In this document: positions 8,989-18,587 of the stretch, piece after piece
Numbering within the stretch: the first letter of the stretch is position 1
How the letters are laid out: each line of letters begins with the position of its first letter
Assembly: GCA_034669905.1 (NCBI GenBank)
Contig: JAXMOL010000050.1
Span: 1 to 54,214, forward strand
DNA: 54,214 nt
Direction of reading: 5' to 3'
Source of the DNA: Candidatus Hydrogenedentota bacterium
GTDB lineage: Bacteria > Hydrogenedentota > Hydrogenedentia > Hydrogenedentales > JAEUWI01
The notes under the pieces: generated by a model
Seen by the model: only the letters and a program-made list of their open reading frames with translations
Databases searched by the model: none
Told to the model about the DNA's origin: nothing
Program-made: the position numbers and the translations under genes

Positions 8989-10512
8989 TCACACCGTAGG
9001 CGTCAACACCCCCGGCGCGGTCTTGATGGGCCGCACCATCGGCAGGAGCACCGCCAGCACCAACGCGAAAAATGCGAAGGCTGATGCGGCACTCACCCAG
9101 AAGCACAGGGACAAGACCGCCGCCACCATGGCAAACACGCCCTGAACGGGTGCCAGGGGTATACGCAGGGGACGGTGCTGATAGAGCCGGTAACAATCCC
9201 GCACGCAGATGAATGCAATCGTGCCGCCCGTCAGGATGTAGAAGGCCAGAAACCCAATCACATAGGGCGGCACGGCATCGGTGGTCTGGACCGTAACCCC
9301 CGGTGCCGCGCGTCGGGTCAAATTAAACAGAATGGCCGCCTCCCCGAGCAAGGGGGCATCCACCGTATCGGACAAGACCCGCGGTCCGAGCAAGATGCCC
9401 CCGGGCAGGGCCCAACTCGTCACCAGCATTTCCATCGCCAGGGGGTAGGCGTGGTCGAAGCGACCATTCGCCCGTGCGGCCCCCACGCCGAAGGCGCTGC
9501 CCGACGTGCTGAAGCCATCGATAACCGGGCCGGCGTCCACATCGAAATACCAATTGCGCGCCTCATCCTCAGGAAACTCGAGGAAACCCCAGATACCGTG
9601 ACGCTGTCGCCAGTAGTGGGTCTCCACCGTGTCATACCAAATCTTCGCTTGCTCGGGCCAGAGATGGGGGGCCGTGAATCCCATGTACGCATTGGAACAG
9701 CCCCGCGCCGGACCGATGGGGCCGCCGTTATTTCGCAAGGCGAGGTACGGGGAAAGTCCGCGTTGGTCGACACAGGGCGCCACGAAGCCACGAACGCCCC
9801 GCGCGATTTGTGCGCTGTGGTCCGTGCCCAGCAGTTCATCCGCCCGTTGGATGGTCAGCCACGCCATCATCACATCGCCGGGATAACATTCGTTGGGATA
9901 GTCATCGAGGAGCCCCACGGGCGATTCGTCAATACTGCGCACCAACGACGCCGTTTCCTCCTTCAGTTGCCCAAGATATTGGTCGTCGCCAAGCAATCGG
10001 GTGTAGGCGGTCATGCCGCCTATCCGTAACATGCGGTAGAAAACGTTGTCCTGGTGCATATAGTTTTCTTCCCCCCAATGGAGGATGACCCAATTGGCAT
10101 GTCCCTTATCCAATAACAATTCCGTCGCGGCAATTACAGCATCTTCCGCATATACCGCAGGTGCCACCTTGCCTACGGGATCTTTTTCCCACGCATCCTG
10201 CAAGGACTCCGTCGCCTGCAAATAGAATAAAGACCCGAATACGGGCCACTCCGTGCCGGATATATTGAATTGGTCTACCTGTCCCCCGCCATTAACCGCG
10301 ACCCGCTCCCGCGCCCATCGCGCATAGCGGGGACTCAGGTCACGGTGCAGGGCCCAGGCGACTTTCGGAATACCGTCACCCCGCAAACCCGGATCACCCA
10401 TACTATCGAGTACAACCCAGGCCGGGGTCACGAAAAAATAGCCCGCCATACCCAGCAAAATCAGGCGGCTCGTCCATACCCATCCCCGCAAACAAGATTG
10501 TTTCCATTCCAT
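8989..10512 (-). CDS. Membrane-anchored (alpha/alpha)6-barrel protein, linalool dehydratase/isomerase-like
   Basis: EWPVFGSLFY, CYPGD, RGCSN and DVDAGP motifs; N-terminal TM plus several C-terminal TMs. Confidence 0.55.
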   Translation of the reverse strand: MEWKQSCLRGWVWTSRLILLGMAGYFFVTPAWVVLDSMGDPGLRGDGIPKVAWALHRDLSPRYARWARERVAVNGGGQVDQFNISGTEWPVFGSLFYLQATESLQDAWEKDPVGKVAPAVYAEDAVIAATELLLDKGHANWVILHWGEENYMHQDNVFYRMLRIGGMTAYTRLLGDDQYLGQLKEETASLVRSIDESPVGLLDDYPNECYPGDVMMAWLTIQRADELLGTDHSAQIARGVRGFVAPCVDQRGLSPYLALRNNGGPIGPARGCSNAYMGFTAPHLWPEQAKIWYDTVETHYWRQRHGIWGFLEFPEDEARNWYFDVDAGPVIDGFSTSGSAFGVGAARANGRFDHAYPLAMEMLVTSWALPGGILLGPRVLSDTVDAPLLGEAAILFNLTRRAAPGVTVQTTDAVPPYVIGFLAFYILTGGTIAFICVRDCYRLYQHRPLRIPLAPVQGVFAMVAAVLSLCFWVSAASAFAFFALVLAVLLPMVRPIKTAPGVLTPTV

Positions 10513-10534
10513 GGTCTTCCCTTTCGTGGTTTTA

Positions 10535-10574
10535 CTTTGTGTTACAAAGCTCATATTTACTTTATAACACAAAG
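10535..10574. promoter_or_regulatory. Pair of palindromic operators CTTT(G/A)-N5-CAAAG
   Basis: 10535-10549 CTTTGTGTTACAAAG and 10560-10574 CTTTATAACACAAAG (14/15 identical as reverse complements), located in the divergent intergenic region. Confidence 0.7.
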
Positions 10575-10740
10575 CTCTTGCCGCATCAAGCATTTCCGGG
10601 TACAATAAGACCACGAGGCAATGGAGTTCACTCAGGTTCACCGCTTTGCCCGCCCTACCCCATCATCACGTGGGGGTAGTCAGGCGTTGCGTGCGCCATC
10701 GATGACATCACGCCCAACAACCCGACCCGAGACACCCCAC

Positions 10741-11370
10741 ATGGAAGAATTCGAAGACAAGGCCCCTATCGCACTCCACGATCGCGCCATGGAAAACCTT
10801 TCCTTTATTCGCGAAACGATGGAGCGGTCTACCCCCTTTACCGGCATCTCGGGCAAGGGCATGGTGGCCATGGGCGTCATTGCCCTCGTCGGAAGTTACG
10901 TAGGTCAACTGCACCTTACCCGCGACTGGTGGATCTTCACCTGGCTCGCGGTGGCATGCCTCGGCGCCACCGTCGGACTCGTCACGATGATGGTCAAAAT
11001 GCGCGGGCAGGAACGGCCCAGCGTACACCGCGCCGCGCGGCGTTTTGCCTTTAACCTGGCACCCGCGGTCCTGGCCGGCGTCTTCCTCACGGAAATGTTT
11101 TACGAACTGGGCCTCAAGGCCTTCATGCCTGGCATGTGGCTCTTACTCTATGGCACCGGCGTGGTCGCCGGGGGGGCCCTCTCGGTCCGCGTGCTTCCCC
11201 TCATGGGAAGTTTCATGATGGCCCTGGGGACCGCCGCCCTCTTCTGGACCCTCTGGGGTTCCACCAGTTTCGCCATGGCCGATGCCGTGGGCGAAACAGC
11301 CATGGCCGTCGGCTTTGGCGGGCTCCATATTGTCACAGGCATCATTATTCATATCCGCTACGGCGGCTAA
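10741..11370 (+). CDS. Multi-pass membrane protein co-encoded with the HTH regulator
   Basis: 'AMENLSFIRETMERS..FTGISG', 6 TMs, 'GFGGLHIVTG' ending. Confidence 0.75.
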   Translation: MEEFEDKAPIALHDRAMENLSFIRETMERSTPFTGISGKGMVAMGVIALVGSYVGQLHLTRDWWIFTWLAVACLGATVGLVTMMVKMRGQERPSVHRAARRFAFNLAPAVLAGVFLTEMFYELGLKAFMPGMWLLLYGTGVVAGGALSVRVLPLMGSFMMALGTAALFWTLWGSTSFAMADAVGETAMAVGFGGLHIVTGIIIHIRYGG

Positions 11371-11388
11371 TCAAAAAGGAATTACACC

Positions 11389-11769
11389 ATGGCTGGCAAC
11401 ACGGCACGAAAACGGACCACCAAGACCGTCAAGAAAGCGGATCCCAACGGCGTCATTGCACCGGAAACGGAAACCACGACCAACCTCAATCGCCTCGTGC
11501 ACGAACGCACCCGCCTCGCCATCATCAGCGCCCTGGCCGTCAATGACAAGCTCACCTTCACCGAGCTGAAAAAACTCCTCGACACCTCCGATGGCAATCT
11601 CAGCGTCCATGCCCGCAAGCTCGAAGAAGCGAGTTACATCCGCTGCACCAAAACCTTCGAAGGCCGCATGCCCAAAACGGAATACAGCATTACCCGCGAC
11701 GGCAAGAAAGTCCTTCGCGACTACCTCAAACACATGGAGCGCATCATCGGCGCCGTACGGGGCACCTGA
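11389..11769 (+). CDS. Winged-helix transcriptional regulator (HTH_34/MarR-like)
   Basis: HERTRLAIISAL...FTELKKLL..SDGNLSVHARKLEEA.YI...K.F.GR.PKTEY. Confidence 0.9.
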   Translation: MAGNTARKRTTKTVKKADPNGVIAPETETTTNLNRLVHERTRLAIISALAVNDKLTFTELKKLLDTSDGNLSVHARKLEEASYIRCTKTFEGRMPKTEYSITRDGKKVLRDYLKHMERIIGAVRGT

Positions 11770-11910
11770 CACCACCCGCTCCCCGACATCACGAAGCGAG
11801 AGACGAAGCGGGTGCCACTTACACGGACGTGAGGCACGAACGGCCTTATGGGTGCCTCACTAATAAGGCGGGTCCACGACGCCCCCTAACAGGCGGGTCC
11901 ACGACGCGCC

Positions 11911-12310
11911 GTAGGCGGGGACTGCACCGACGCAGTTCGCCCACCCCAAGGAAAAAAGTCAGGGGGCAAGCCCGCCCCAACGGCCCCTACCCCGAACACC
12001 CGGACGTCGGGGCCGTCCCCCTCTTCACAGCGATTCCTGGCAGACCAGGAGCCCCACGTTAAGGCCGCAAGCAAGCTTGCTTAAAAAGAGCAGCAGCAAG
12101 CTGCCGCACCGCAGGCGGGGACTGCACCGACGCAGTTCGCCCGCCCCAAGGAAAAAAGCCAGGGGGCAAGCCCACCCCAACGGCCCCTACCCCGAACACC
12201 CGGACGTCGGGGCCGTCCCCCTCTTCACAGCGATTCCTGGCAGACCAGGAGCCCCACGTTAAGGCCGCAAGCAAGCTTGCTCAAAAAGAGCAGCAGCAAG
12301 CTGCCGCACG
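11911..12310. repeat. Tandem 200-bp duplication, each copy a REPIN-like unit (11917-12020, 12117-12220) plus a GCAAGCTTGC...GCAGCAAGCTGCCGCAC REP
   Basis: Near-identical copies with period 200 and the same 15-bp ends as 20-226. Confidence 0.9.
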
Positions 12311-12336
12311 CCGGGGTTTTCGCCCCCTCGCTTCCC

Positions 12337-12873
12337 TTATCCCTTCGCCATGAAGGCAATAATCGCCTTACAAAAGGCCGGTAAATCCCCCGGACGTCGA
12401 CTCGAAATGAAGTGGCGGTCCACCACCACCTCCGCGTCCTCAAAAATCGCTCCGGCGTTGACCAGGTCATCCTTAATCCCTGGCGACCCCGTCACCCGCA
12501 CCCCGTGATAAACCTTCGCCGAGATGGGGATCCATCCTCCATGACAAATCGCCGCCGTAAGTTTTCCTGCCGCCGCAAAATCGGCCACCAACGTCAACAC
12601 CGCCGGGTCCCGGCGCAAGACATCCGGCATGAAGCCACCCGGCACGATGAGTCCGTCAAAGTCCGCCTCCAGCATGTCATCGATCCGGGCATCCGAAACA
12701 CAGGGGTAGCCATGCTTTCCCCCATACTTCACCCCCGCCTCCGGCCCCGCGATTGTCACCTTGGCACCCGCCTCTTCCAACCGTAACTTGGGATACCACA
12801 GCTCCAGGTCTTCATAGATCTCGCCCACCAATATCAATACGCGCTTATGCAACAGGGGGTTATCTTCCAACAT
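12337..12873 (-). CDS. PfpI/DJ-1 family (type 1 glutamine amidotransferase-like) protease/glyoxalase
   Basis: YEDLEL.YP, IVPGG..PD.LR, AAICHG nucleophile, DAEVVVD...SSRRPGDL. Confidence 0.92.
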   Translation of the reverse strand: MLEDNPLLHKRVLILVGEIYEDLELWYPKLRLEEAGAKVTIAGPEAGVKYGGKHGYPCVSDARIDDMLEADFDGLIVPGGFMPDVLRRDPAVLTLVADFAAAGKLTAAICHGGWIPISAKVYHGVRVTGSPGIKDDLVNAGAIFEDAEVVVDRHFISSRRPGDLPAFCKAIIAFMAKG

Positions 12874-12925
12874 GGCACTATCCTCCAGAAAAGTTTAAGG
12901 TGATTCAGGGTATGAACAGGTATCC

Positions 12926-12967
12926 AAAGGAAAAGCGGGGGCGCCCCCATCCCGGAAACACCCCCGC
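12926..12967 (-). terminator. GC hairpin with U-rich tail downstream of the virion-like operon
   Basis: Minus strand GCGGGGGTG...CGCCCCCGC followed by TTTTCCTTT. Confidence 0.55.
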
Positions 12968-12984
12968 ACGATACCTCTGACTTC

Positions 12985-13013
12985 AGCCTACGCTAATCCC
13001 CACCCGACGTCAA
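12985..13013 (-). promoter_or_regulatory. Putative sigma70 promoter
   Basis: TTGACG-N17-TAGGCT on the minus strand. Confidence 0.4.
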
Positions 13014-13070
13014 CAACAAGACGCGCTCTCAGATAACGCCATACCGCTGGACGAGACACTATATTTTCCA

Positions 13071-13115
13071 TTCTAAATTCTAAATTCTAAATTCTAAATT
13101 CACTATTCTAAATTC
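13071..13115. repeat. Heptamer tandem array (TTCTAAA)4 TTCACTA TTCTAAA
   Basis: Read directly; immediately 3' of the holin-like gene. Confidence 0.95.
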
Positions 13116-13119
13116 CCGC

Positions 13120-13485
13120 CTACCGGCGGCGACGGCCAATCAATCGGCTGATCCACACATCGATGTAGTCCTCGCCGATGGTACGCAGCAAATCAATCCC
13201 CTCCTCCCGCGCCAGCTTGATGGCCCGCATACGCGCCATCGAGCGCGCACGGGATTTCTCCTCCTCCGTCAAGCGCCCATCCGCACGCCCCGCCTTGATC
13301 GCCTTCACATAGGCCTGGTAGGTCCGCTCCACGCCGGCCTCCAAAGCAAGCAAAGCGGCACGATAGCGCCGCTGCTGCCAGCGCTGGTACCGGTCACTTG
13401 CCTTGAAGCCCGACCACAAGCCCCCCACGACCGTACCCACAATCGTCATTCCCAAATCCAAACCCATCGCTTCCATTCCCTCCAT
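13120..13485 (-). CDS. Phage LL-H-type holin-like small membrane protein
   Basis: Single N-terminal TM, then 'AGVERTYQAYVKAIK...DGRLTEEEK..A' helices. Last gene of the structural operon; start uncertain. Confidence 0.5.
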   Translation of the reverse strand: MEGMEAMGLDLGMTIVGTVVGGLWSGFKASDRYQRWQQRRYRAALLALEAGVERTYQAYVKAIKAGRADGRLTEEEKSRARSMARMRAIKLAREEGIDLLRTIGEDYIDVWISRLIGRRRR

Positions 13486-13522
13486 AGCCATTCCCTTTCC
13501 CGAACCCAAACCTACATCCGGA

Positions 13523-14047
13523 CTAAACAAAGGTCCGCACGTCCTCGATATAGCCATTTACCCCATCGTCCACATCCTTGATGGACACCATCCCCGGCCG
13601 CAACACCAGGGTCGCCAGCGCCAGGGCACCACTATCCACCGCCGGTGCCACGGGACTCGCTGCCTCCGCCCCCGTCTTGATGGACACGCTCCACGTCGCC
13701 AGGTCGGCCTGCACCAGGTCAACCCGATCGTTGACGGATGGCACCTCCACCAACGCGGTAGGGGTCGCCTCCGAAAGACGATAGGGATAGCCGCCAATAA
13801 AGGCATAGCCCGGCGACACGGTCACGCCAAGTCCCACCGGTGCCGTCGCTTCCACCGCCAACTCCCCGGGCCCCAGGTTGCGCAAGACGCCATCGCCACC
13901 ACCCCACGCCTCGGCAATCAACAAAAAGGCCATCTCCAACGCCGCCTCGATACGGTCGTCCCACTGGTTCAACTTCGCGCTCGACACCGGTCGCTCTTCA
14001 AATACCCACTGGGTCTTCGTATAGGACGGACCCTGAATCGACATCAC
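13523..14047 (-). CDS. Minor tail / upper-baseplate-like protein
   Basis: GLGVTVSPGYAFIGG, DRVDLV, GAEAASPVAP, LALA.L...I.D.R pattern of siphovirus minor tail proteins; AGGAGG RBS. Confidence 0.65.
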   Translation of the reverse strand: MMSIQGPSYTKTQWVFEERPVSSAKLNQWDDRIEAALEMAFLLIAEAWGGGDGVLRNLGPGELAVEATAPVGLGVTVSPGYAFIGGYPYRLSEATPTALVEVPSVNDRVDLVQADLATWSVSIKTGAEAASPVAPAVDSGALALATLVLRPGMVSIKDVDDGVNGYIEDVRTFV

Positions 14048-14059
14048 TCATTCCTCCTC

Positions 14060-15798
14060 TTAGTCCAGGTGATACCCGACATCCAGCCCAATCACGTCGT
14101 CGTCCAGACGAAACTCGAAGAAGGCCGACAAACTGTCCTGACTGCGCGTGATAAAGCTCAGCGGAGACGTCACCGATCGATAGGGAGAGCCCAACTCCAA
14201 CTGGGTCTCCACGGTCTCGCCCGCCAGGCGGTGGACAACACCCGTAACCCGCGCCACGAAGCGTTCGCCAAAGTCATCCGCCCACCCCGCCGCGACGACG
14301 CTGTCCCGCTCCACCAGGGAGGCGCCCCGAAATTCCAGGAGATCCCCCACCGCTGCCGAAGCGCTTCCCCGATAGAACAGGGCGCGGCCCACCCGCGTTG
14401 GCCAGGCCAGGTCGCGCAAAATCCCCTGCCCCATCCGGGCGGCGTCATCCACCCGGCTCAACGCAAAAAACGGAAAGTAGCGAAAGGCCGTCCCCAATGC
14501 ATCGATACTGTCCTGCTCCGCGTGGTACCCGTCCACCGCGCCCTCCTGGGGATTCCCGACCAGGCGCAAAAGATTGACCAACCCCTCCTGCATCCGCCCC
14601 ATTTCGACCCCCGTCTCCACCGGATCGACCCGCACCACCGCGTCGATGTCCGTTCCACGGCGGACGGAGACCGCGCCATCCAGGTCCACCGAAAAGACAA
14701 AGCCATCGGCCAGGGTGACCAGGGCGGCAAGCACCTCCAGCACACCACCCCGGGTTTCAAAGGCCCCCACCACCGTGGTACAGGGCGCGATAGAGTCCGT
14801 GTGTACCCCCCTGTAGGAATAGAACTCCTTCAGGGCCAACGCGGAATCATGGTAACGGCCATCCGCATAGAGATAGACATCAGCCAGCCCCGCTTCCACC
14901 AGCCCTGCATTGAAACATTCACCGCCCCCAAAGACCAGCCCCAGGTAGCGACCGTAGGCATCCACCCGGTCATCATAGTGTCCGCTACCATCCACATGGG
15001 GATTCAGTTCGATGAAATCGATGCCCTTGGTGTCGATGTACTCCTGGAGCCGTGCCTTCGCCGCTTCGGCACGCTGCTTATACACGCTGCGCGCGTAGCG
15101 TCCATCGTCCCAATCCGCTACTTCCGGATGCCGCCCAATCGCGTGGCTGTTCCGGCTCGTCTCCTCACAGTCGATCATCATGAGGCGCAAGTCCGGCCAG
15201 GCCACCCCGTCGACCACGAGTCCCGATATCGTATCCCCATCCTTCGCTACCGCCGAGGAGGCATCAATCCGTGCGCTGTCCACCCACTGCCCGCTGTCAA
15301 TCCCCCCAGCGGCAACGCATCCGTCGCCGCCCGGCGCACATCGAACTTACCGTACTCCCGCTGTGCCCCATCCGGATAGGCCGTGTGGGCCACCGTATAA
15401 TGGACCGGCCCCCGTGCCCGGTTGAGCGCCGAGCGAATCATGGCATCGATGCGCATGTGCTGAAAGCGCACCGCCACGCTCCCGTTCCAACGCGCACCGT
15501 CCTGCTCGGCCTCGAAGGAAAGCAATTCCTGAAAATCCACATAGCGATCCACAATCAGACGCCGGACGTCCCCCCAGGCCGGACGCACGGTGGTCACGGT
15601 AGCCGATACGGCCATCCGGTCGTCCACGTAGACATCGACCCGATAGCCCACGCCGAATTGGGCCAGGGTGACCGGCAAGAGTCCCTCCACGCGGTCCGGA
15701 CGATCCGGCCCCGTACGGGTGACCTCCAGCAGGGGCACATCCCGAAAAAGCCCCACCCGCAACCCGGCCCGGTCGAAAACCTCCACACGATAGTCCAT
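14060..15798 (-). CDS. Baseplate hub/Tal-like protein with an inserted thermonuclease (SNase) domain, split into two frames at G6 (15302-15307)
   Basis: ORFs 15247-15798 and 14060-15283 overlap, and one extra G gives ...LPLGGIDSGQWVDSARID... Contains DGDTI, LRLMMIDCEET, DAYGRYLG and NAGLVEAGLA. Hub-like C-terminus (SIDALG, GDLL, ELGSP). Confidence 0.7.
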
Positions 15799-15800
15799 GC

Positions 15801-16484
15801 CTACCACCACCGGTCACGAAAAGTGACCTCCCCGTCCAGCAGGTGCGAACTACCGAGCCCGTCGTTGTAGGTCAACACGGTCTCCCCCGGTGCCAGGACG
15901 GGAAAGTCCCCCGTGGTGTAAGCCGTAATGTCGAGGTCATCGAGCCAGACCTGCCCTGCAGTCCCATCCACAATAAGCGTCGCACCCCCGTCGATTTCCC
16001 CCGCATACGTGAGGGTGCGCACACCGTCACTGAGTTCCGGGGCCACCACCGCCCCCAAGGTATCCAACGTCAGCACCGGGGAAGTCGAGAGGGTGCCACG
16101 GTTTTCCAACGTGACGGTGGCACCCGACGTATCGATGCTCCAGCCTACCGTGGTCGCCGTTTCCGCCTCCTCCCACGCCTCTTCCGCCCGCAGGACGACC
16201 GTGTACGCCCCCGTTCGTTGCGCACCGTTTAGCTCCCGGGTAAAGCCTTCCCGGCGCACCAACAGGCGGCGACCGGAACGCACCGAAAGGTAGACCGGCC
16301 CGTCCGCCGACGCCGCCTTCATCACTTCGTCCAGGGCGGCCTCCAGTGTGGCCCGGTCCGCCACGCCCCGGATCATGCCCGTAATCGTAATCAGGCGCGT
16401 GTTCCGCCCGCCTACCTGCTCATACGCTTCCCGCACCACCGTGTGCCCCTCGTCCAGTGCAAGGGTGCCAATACGAATTGTCAC
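15801..16484 (-). CDS. Distal tail protein (Dit)-like
   Basis: ENRGT...P.LT, LIVDG, and C-terminal GDFPVLAPGE...V.FRDRWW; positioned directly before the hub gene. Confidence 0.75.
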   Translation of the reverse strand: MTIRIGTLALDEGHTVVREAYEQVGGRNTRLITITGMIRGVADRATLEAALDEVMKAASADGPVYLSVRSGRRLLVRREGFTRELNGAQRTGAYTVVLRAEEAWEEAETATTVGWSIDTSGATVTLENRGTLSTSPVLTLDTLGAVVAPELSDGVRTLTYAGEIDGGATLIVDGTAGQVWLDDLDITAYTTGDFPVLAPGETVLTYNDGLGSSHLLDGEVTFRDRWW

Positions 16485-16513
16485 GCCGAATCCCCCTCTC
16501 CGGGCTCCCTACC

Positions 16514-16927
16514 CTATTCCCCCAGCACTTCCGTTGTCTCGCCCACCCGGGCCGGACAATCGGCCTCCGGCTGGGCGCTATGGGGTGCCAGCAAGACGTA
16601 CCCCGCCTTTTCAAAGCGCCGGGCCATACTCATCAACGAAGCAAAACGCTGCCCCGCTCCCACGCGCTGTCCACCAATCTGCAGCTCCACCTGCTCGGCC
16701 GCATCCCTGGACGCCAGCCCCCGCAAGACCCCGCCAGCGGCCAGCAGCGTTTCTCCCTGCACCACGGCTTCTGGCGGACTCTCCAGATCCACCCCACCGT
16801 CCAGGTCCGCCAGCACCCGCTCATGGGCTTCAACGATACAGGCCGTCACCAATTCCGCACTCGCCACCGACGTATCCTCCACCTGCACCTGTAAGCGCAC
16901 CCCGGCCTCCGTCGCAAATACCGCCAT
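16514..16927 (-). CDS. Head-tail adaptor (connector)-like protein
   Basis: FATEAGVR start, helical ~137 aa, directly after the major capsid gene. Confidence 0.55.
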   Translation of the reverse strand: MAVFATEAGVRLQVQVEDTSVASAELVTACIVEAHERVLADLDGGVDLESPPEAVVQGETLLAAGGVLRGLASRDAAEQVELQIGGQRVGAGQRFASLMSMARRFEKAGYVLLAPHSAQPEADCPARVGETTEVLGE

Positions 16928-16992
16928 AACCACGCTCCCCTGTCTGCGCCATGGGAAAGGGATGCCGCGAGCCCAGACCCACGACACCCCTT

Positions 16993-17044
16993 TCACCCGT
17001 CACCCGTCACCCGTCACCCGTCACCCGTCACCCTTCACCCTTCA
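16993..17044. repeat. Heptamer tandem array (TCACCCG)5(TCACCCT)2
   Basis: Read directly; immediately 3' of the major capsid stop. Confidence 0.95.
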
Positions 17045-17046
17045 AT

Positions 17047-18096
17047 TCAGCTCCAGTCGCTCGTCATCACGACCCGGGCCTTGTCATAGGTGATGGCAAA
17101 GTCGGTCACCACCGAAAGATAGGTCCGGTCCCACTGCTGGCTGATGAGCTTGTCGGACTCCACCAGGAGATCCTGCTCGGTCAGTTTCTGCACGGCAAAC
17201 CCCGCATCAAGCAAGGTCAGCGTATCGGCCGGCTGGTCCGCCATGGGCACCAGCTCCACCCCCAGCGGCGTGGGCAGATTCCCCGTCTTCGCAAAGTCGA
17301 AAAGGGCACTGTCCGCAATCTGGGACAACTGCAAGACCGACTGGGCCGTGGCGTTGTCCACAATCATGTGGGTCGGCGTGAAGTAGTGCTCCTGGCTCAA
17401 CTTCATATAGGCCGCCACCAGATCGCCATAGGTCCACGTGTCCGCCGTCTCGGTGTTCATGGTTACCGGGGCCGTACCCGAGCCAGACGAGTCCCCTTCC
17501 ACCAGCACCGTCGCCAACCGCGCATCCAGACTGCGTCCCAGACGCTCGCCCATGCGCTGGAGGTGGACCCGGAGCATGTCGACACTCATACGGCGCACCG
17601 CCTCATAAGAGGCCAATACACCGCGCCCCTTCTTGTCCAACTTGACGATGCGGTCGCCATACTGGATTTCCGACTCGGGAATGGCCGCGCCCTCGGCGAC
17701 GCTGCGCAATTCCTCACTGCCTGCGTCTTCCGTCACGTAGGGCACGTCATAGGCCGTGCCCTCCACCCGCTCATCGTGCATGATGAGATGGGGATACACG
17801 GGCTTTCGCTGCAGGCCCGTGAGCACGGCCTCCCGCACCACATCGGGAAAGAGCCATTTCGCATTCGGGTCGGACTGGAAAAAGCGGTCCACCGTGATAC
17901 GGTTCACATCAATACCAAACTCCTGGGCACAGTAATCCTGAAGGTTGGTGTCCAGCGCACGAAAGTAGTGCTGATGCGTCAACCCCAGGTTGTTCAAGGT
18001 CTCATAGAGGCCCTGCCCCCGCACCTGTCGCAAGCTCTCCGGCGACTGGGCCAAAAAGCGAATCTGTTCCTTCATCTGCGTGTCTTGATAAGCCAA
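17047..18096 (-). CDS. HK97-fold major capsid protein
   Basis: LFPDVVREAV, VAEGAAIP, KLDKKGR...SYEAVRR...L.GD; AGGAGG RBS before the TTG start. Confidence 0.88.
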   Translation of the reverse strand: MAYQDTQMKEQIRFLAQSPESLRQVRGQGLYETLNNLGLTHQHYFRALDTNLQDYCAQEFGIDVNRITVDRFFQSDPNAKWLFPDVVREAVLTGLQRKPVYPHLIMHDERVEGTAYDVPYVTEDAGSEELRSVAEGAAIPESEIQYGDRIVKLDKKGRGVLASYEAVRRMSVDMLRVHLQRMGERLGRSLDARLATVLVEGDSSGSGTAPVTMNTETADTWTYGDLVAAYMKLSQEHYFTPTHMIVDNATAQSVLQLSQIADSALFDFAKTGNLPTPLGVELVPMADQPADTLTLLDAGFAVQKLTEQDLLVESDKLISQQWDRTYLSVVTDFAITYDKARVVMTSDWS

Positions 18097-18166
18097 TTCA
18101 CATTCCTCCTGACAATAGACGGGGACTCCTCGTGTAAGGGCTCGCCCCAGTCATCGCTAAGCTCAA

Positions 18167-18204
18167 CTCACAATTCAAAATTCGCTATTCACTATTCTCT
18201 ATTC
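18167..18204. repeat. Degenerate heptamer array (TTCNNNA)
   Basis: CTCACAA TTCAAAA TTCGCTA TTCACTA TTCTCTA TTC, 3' of the decoration gene. Confidence 0.8.
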
Positions 18205-18206
18205 GG

Positions 18207-18587
18207 TCACAGCAGCACGTGTACCGTAGACGCCGTCCCATCCACCTTCACGTTGATGCCCCGGCCATTCCCCGACGCGGGTGCCTTCACCGAACCATCC
18301 GTCGCCGAAGCCACCACACCCTGGGCACCATCCACGGTTGGGGCCGTTCCCGTGTACGTGAAGATGCTGATGCCCCGCACCTTGACCGGAATCGCCACAT
18401 CGTTTTCCGTTGCAGCCGCCAGCGCCTCACCGAAGACGTCGTCTTCCGCGTCCGTCACATTCGTGACCGTGTAGGCCCCCGAAAGCTTGACCGCGTCCCC
18501 CTTTGCAATCGCCACACTCCCCGAAGAAACGGTGCGACACGTAATCACCAACTCCGTTACCGAACCACCCGTATCACCAAAAGCCAT
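18207..18587 (-). CDS. Capsid decoration/cement protein (DUF2190-like)
   Basis: IAKGDAVKL, VFGEALAAA, IPVKVRG; small beta-rich protein before the capsid gene; GGAGG RBS. Confidence 0.75.
   Translation of the reverse strand: MAFGDTGGSVTELVITCRTVSSGSVAIAKGDAVKLSGAYTVTNVTDAEDDVFGEALAAATENDVAIPVKVRGISIFTYTGTAPTVDGAQGVVASATDGSVKAPASGNGRGINVKVDGTASTVHVLL

Noticed and set aside
11911..12310. Repeat clusters as a CRISPR array
   Set aside because: The units are ~104-200 bp, adjacent copies have near-identical interiors, the ends are inverted pairs, and there are no cas genes.
17047..18096. Encapsulin nanocompartment or contractile injection system/tailocin
   Set aside because: Portal, protease, adaptor and Dit argue against an encapsulin. 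There are no sheath, tube or wedge genes for a contractile system.
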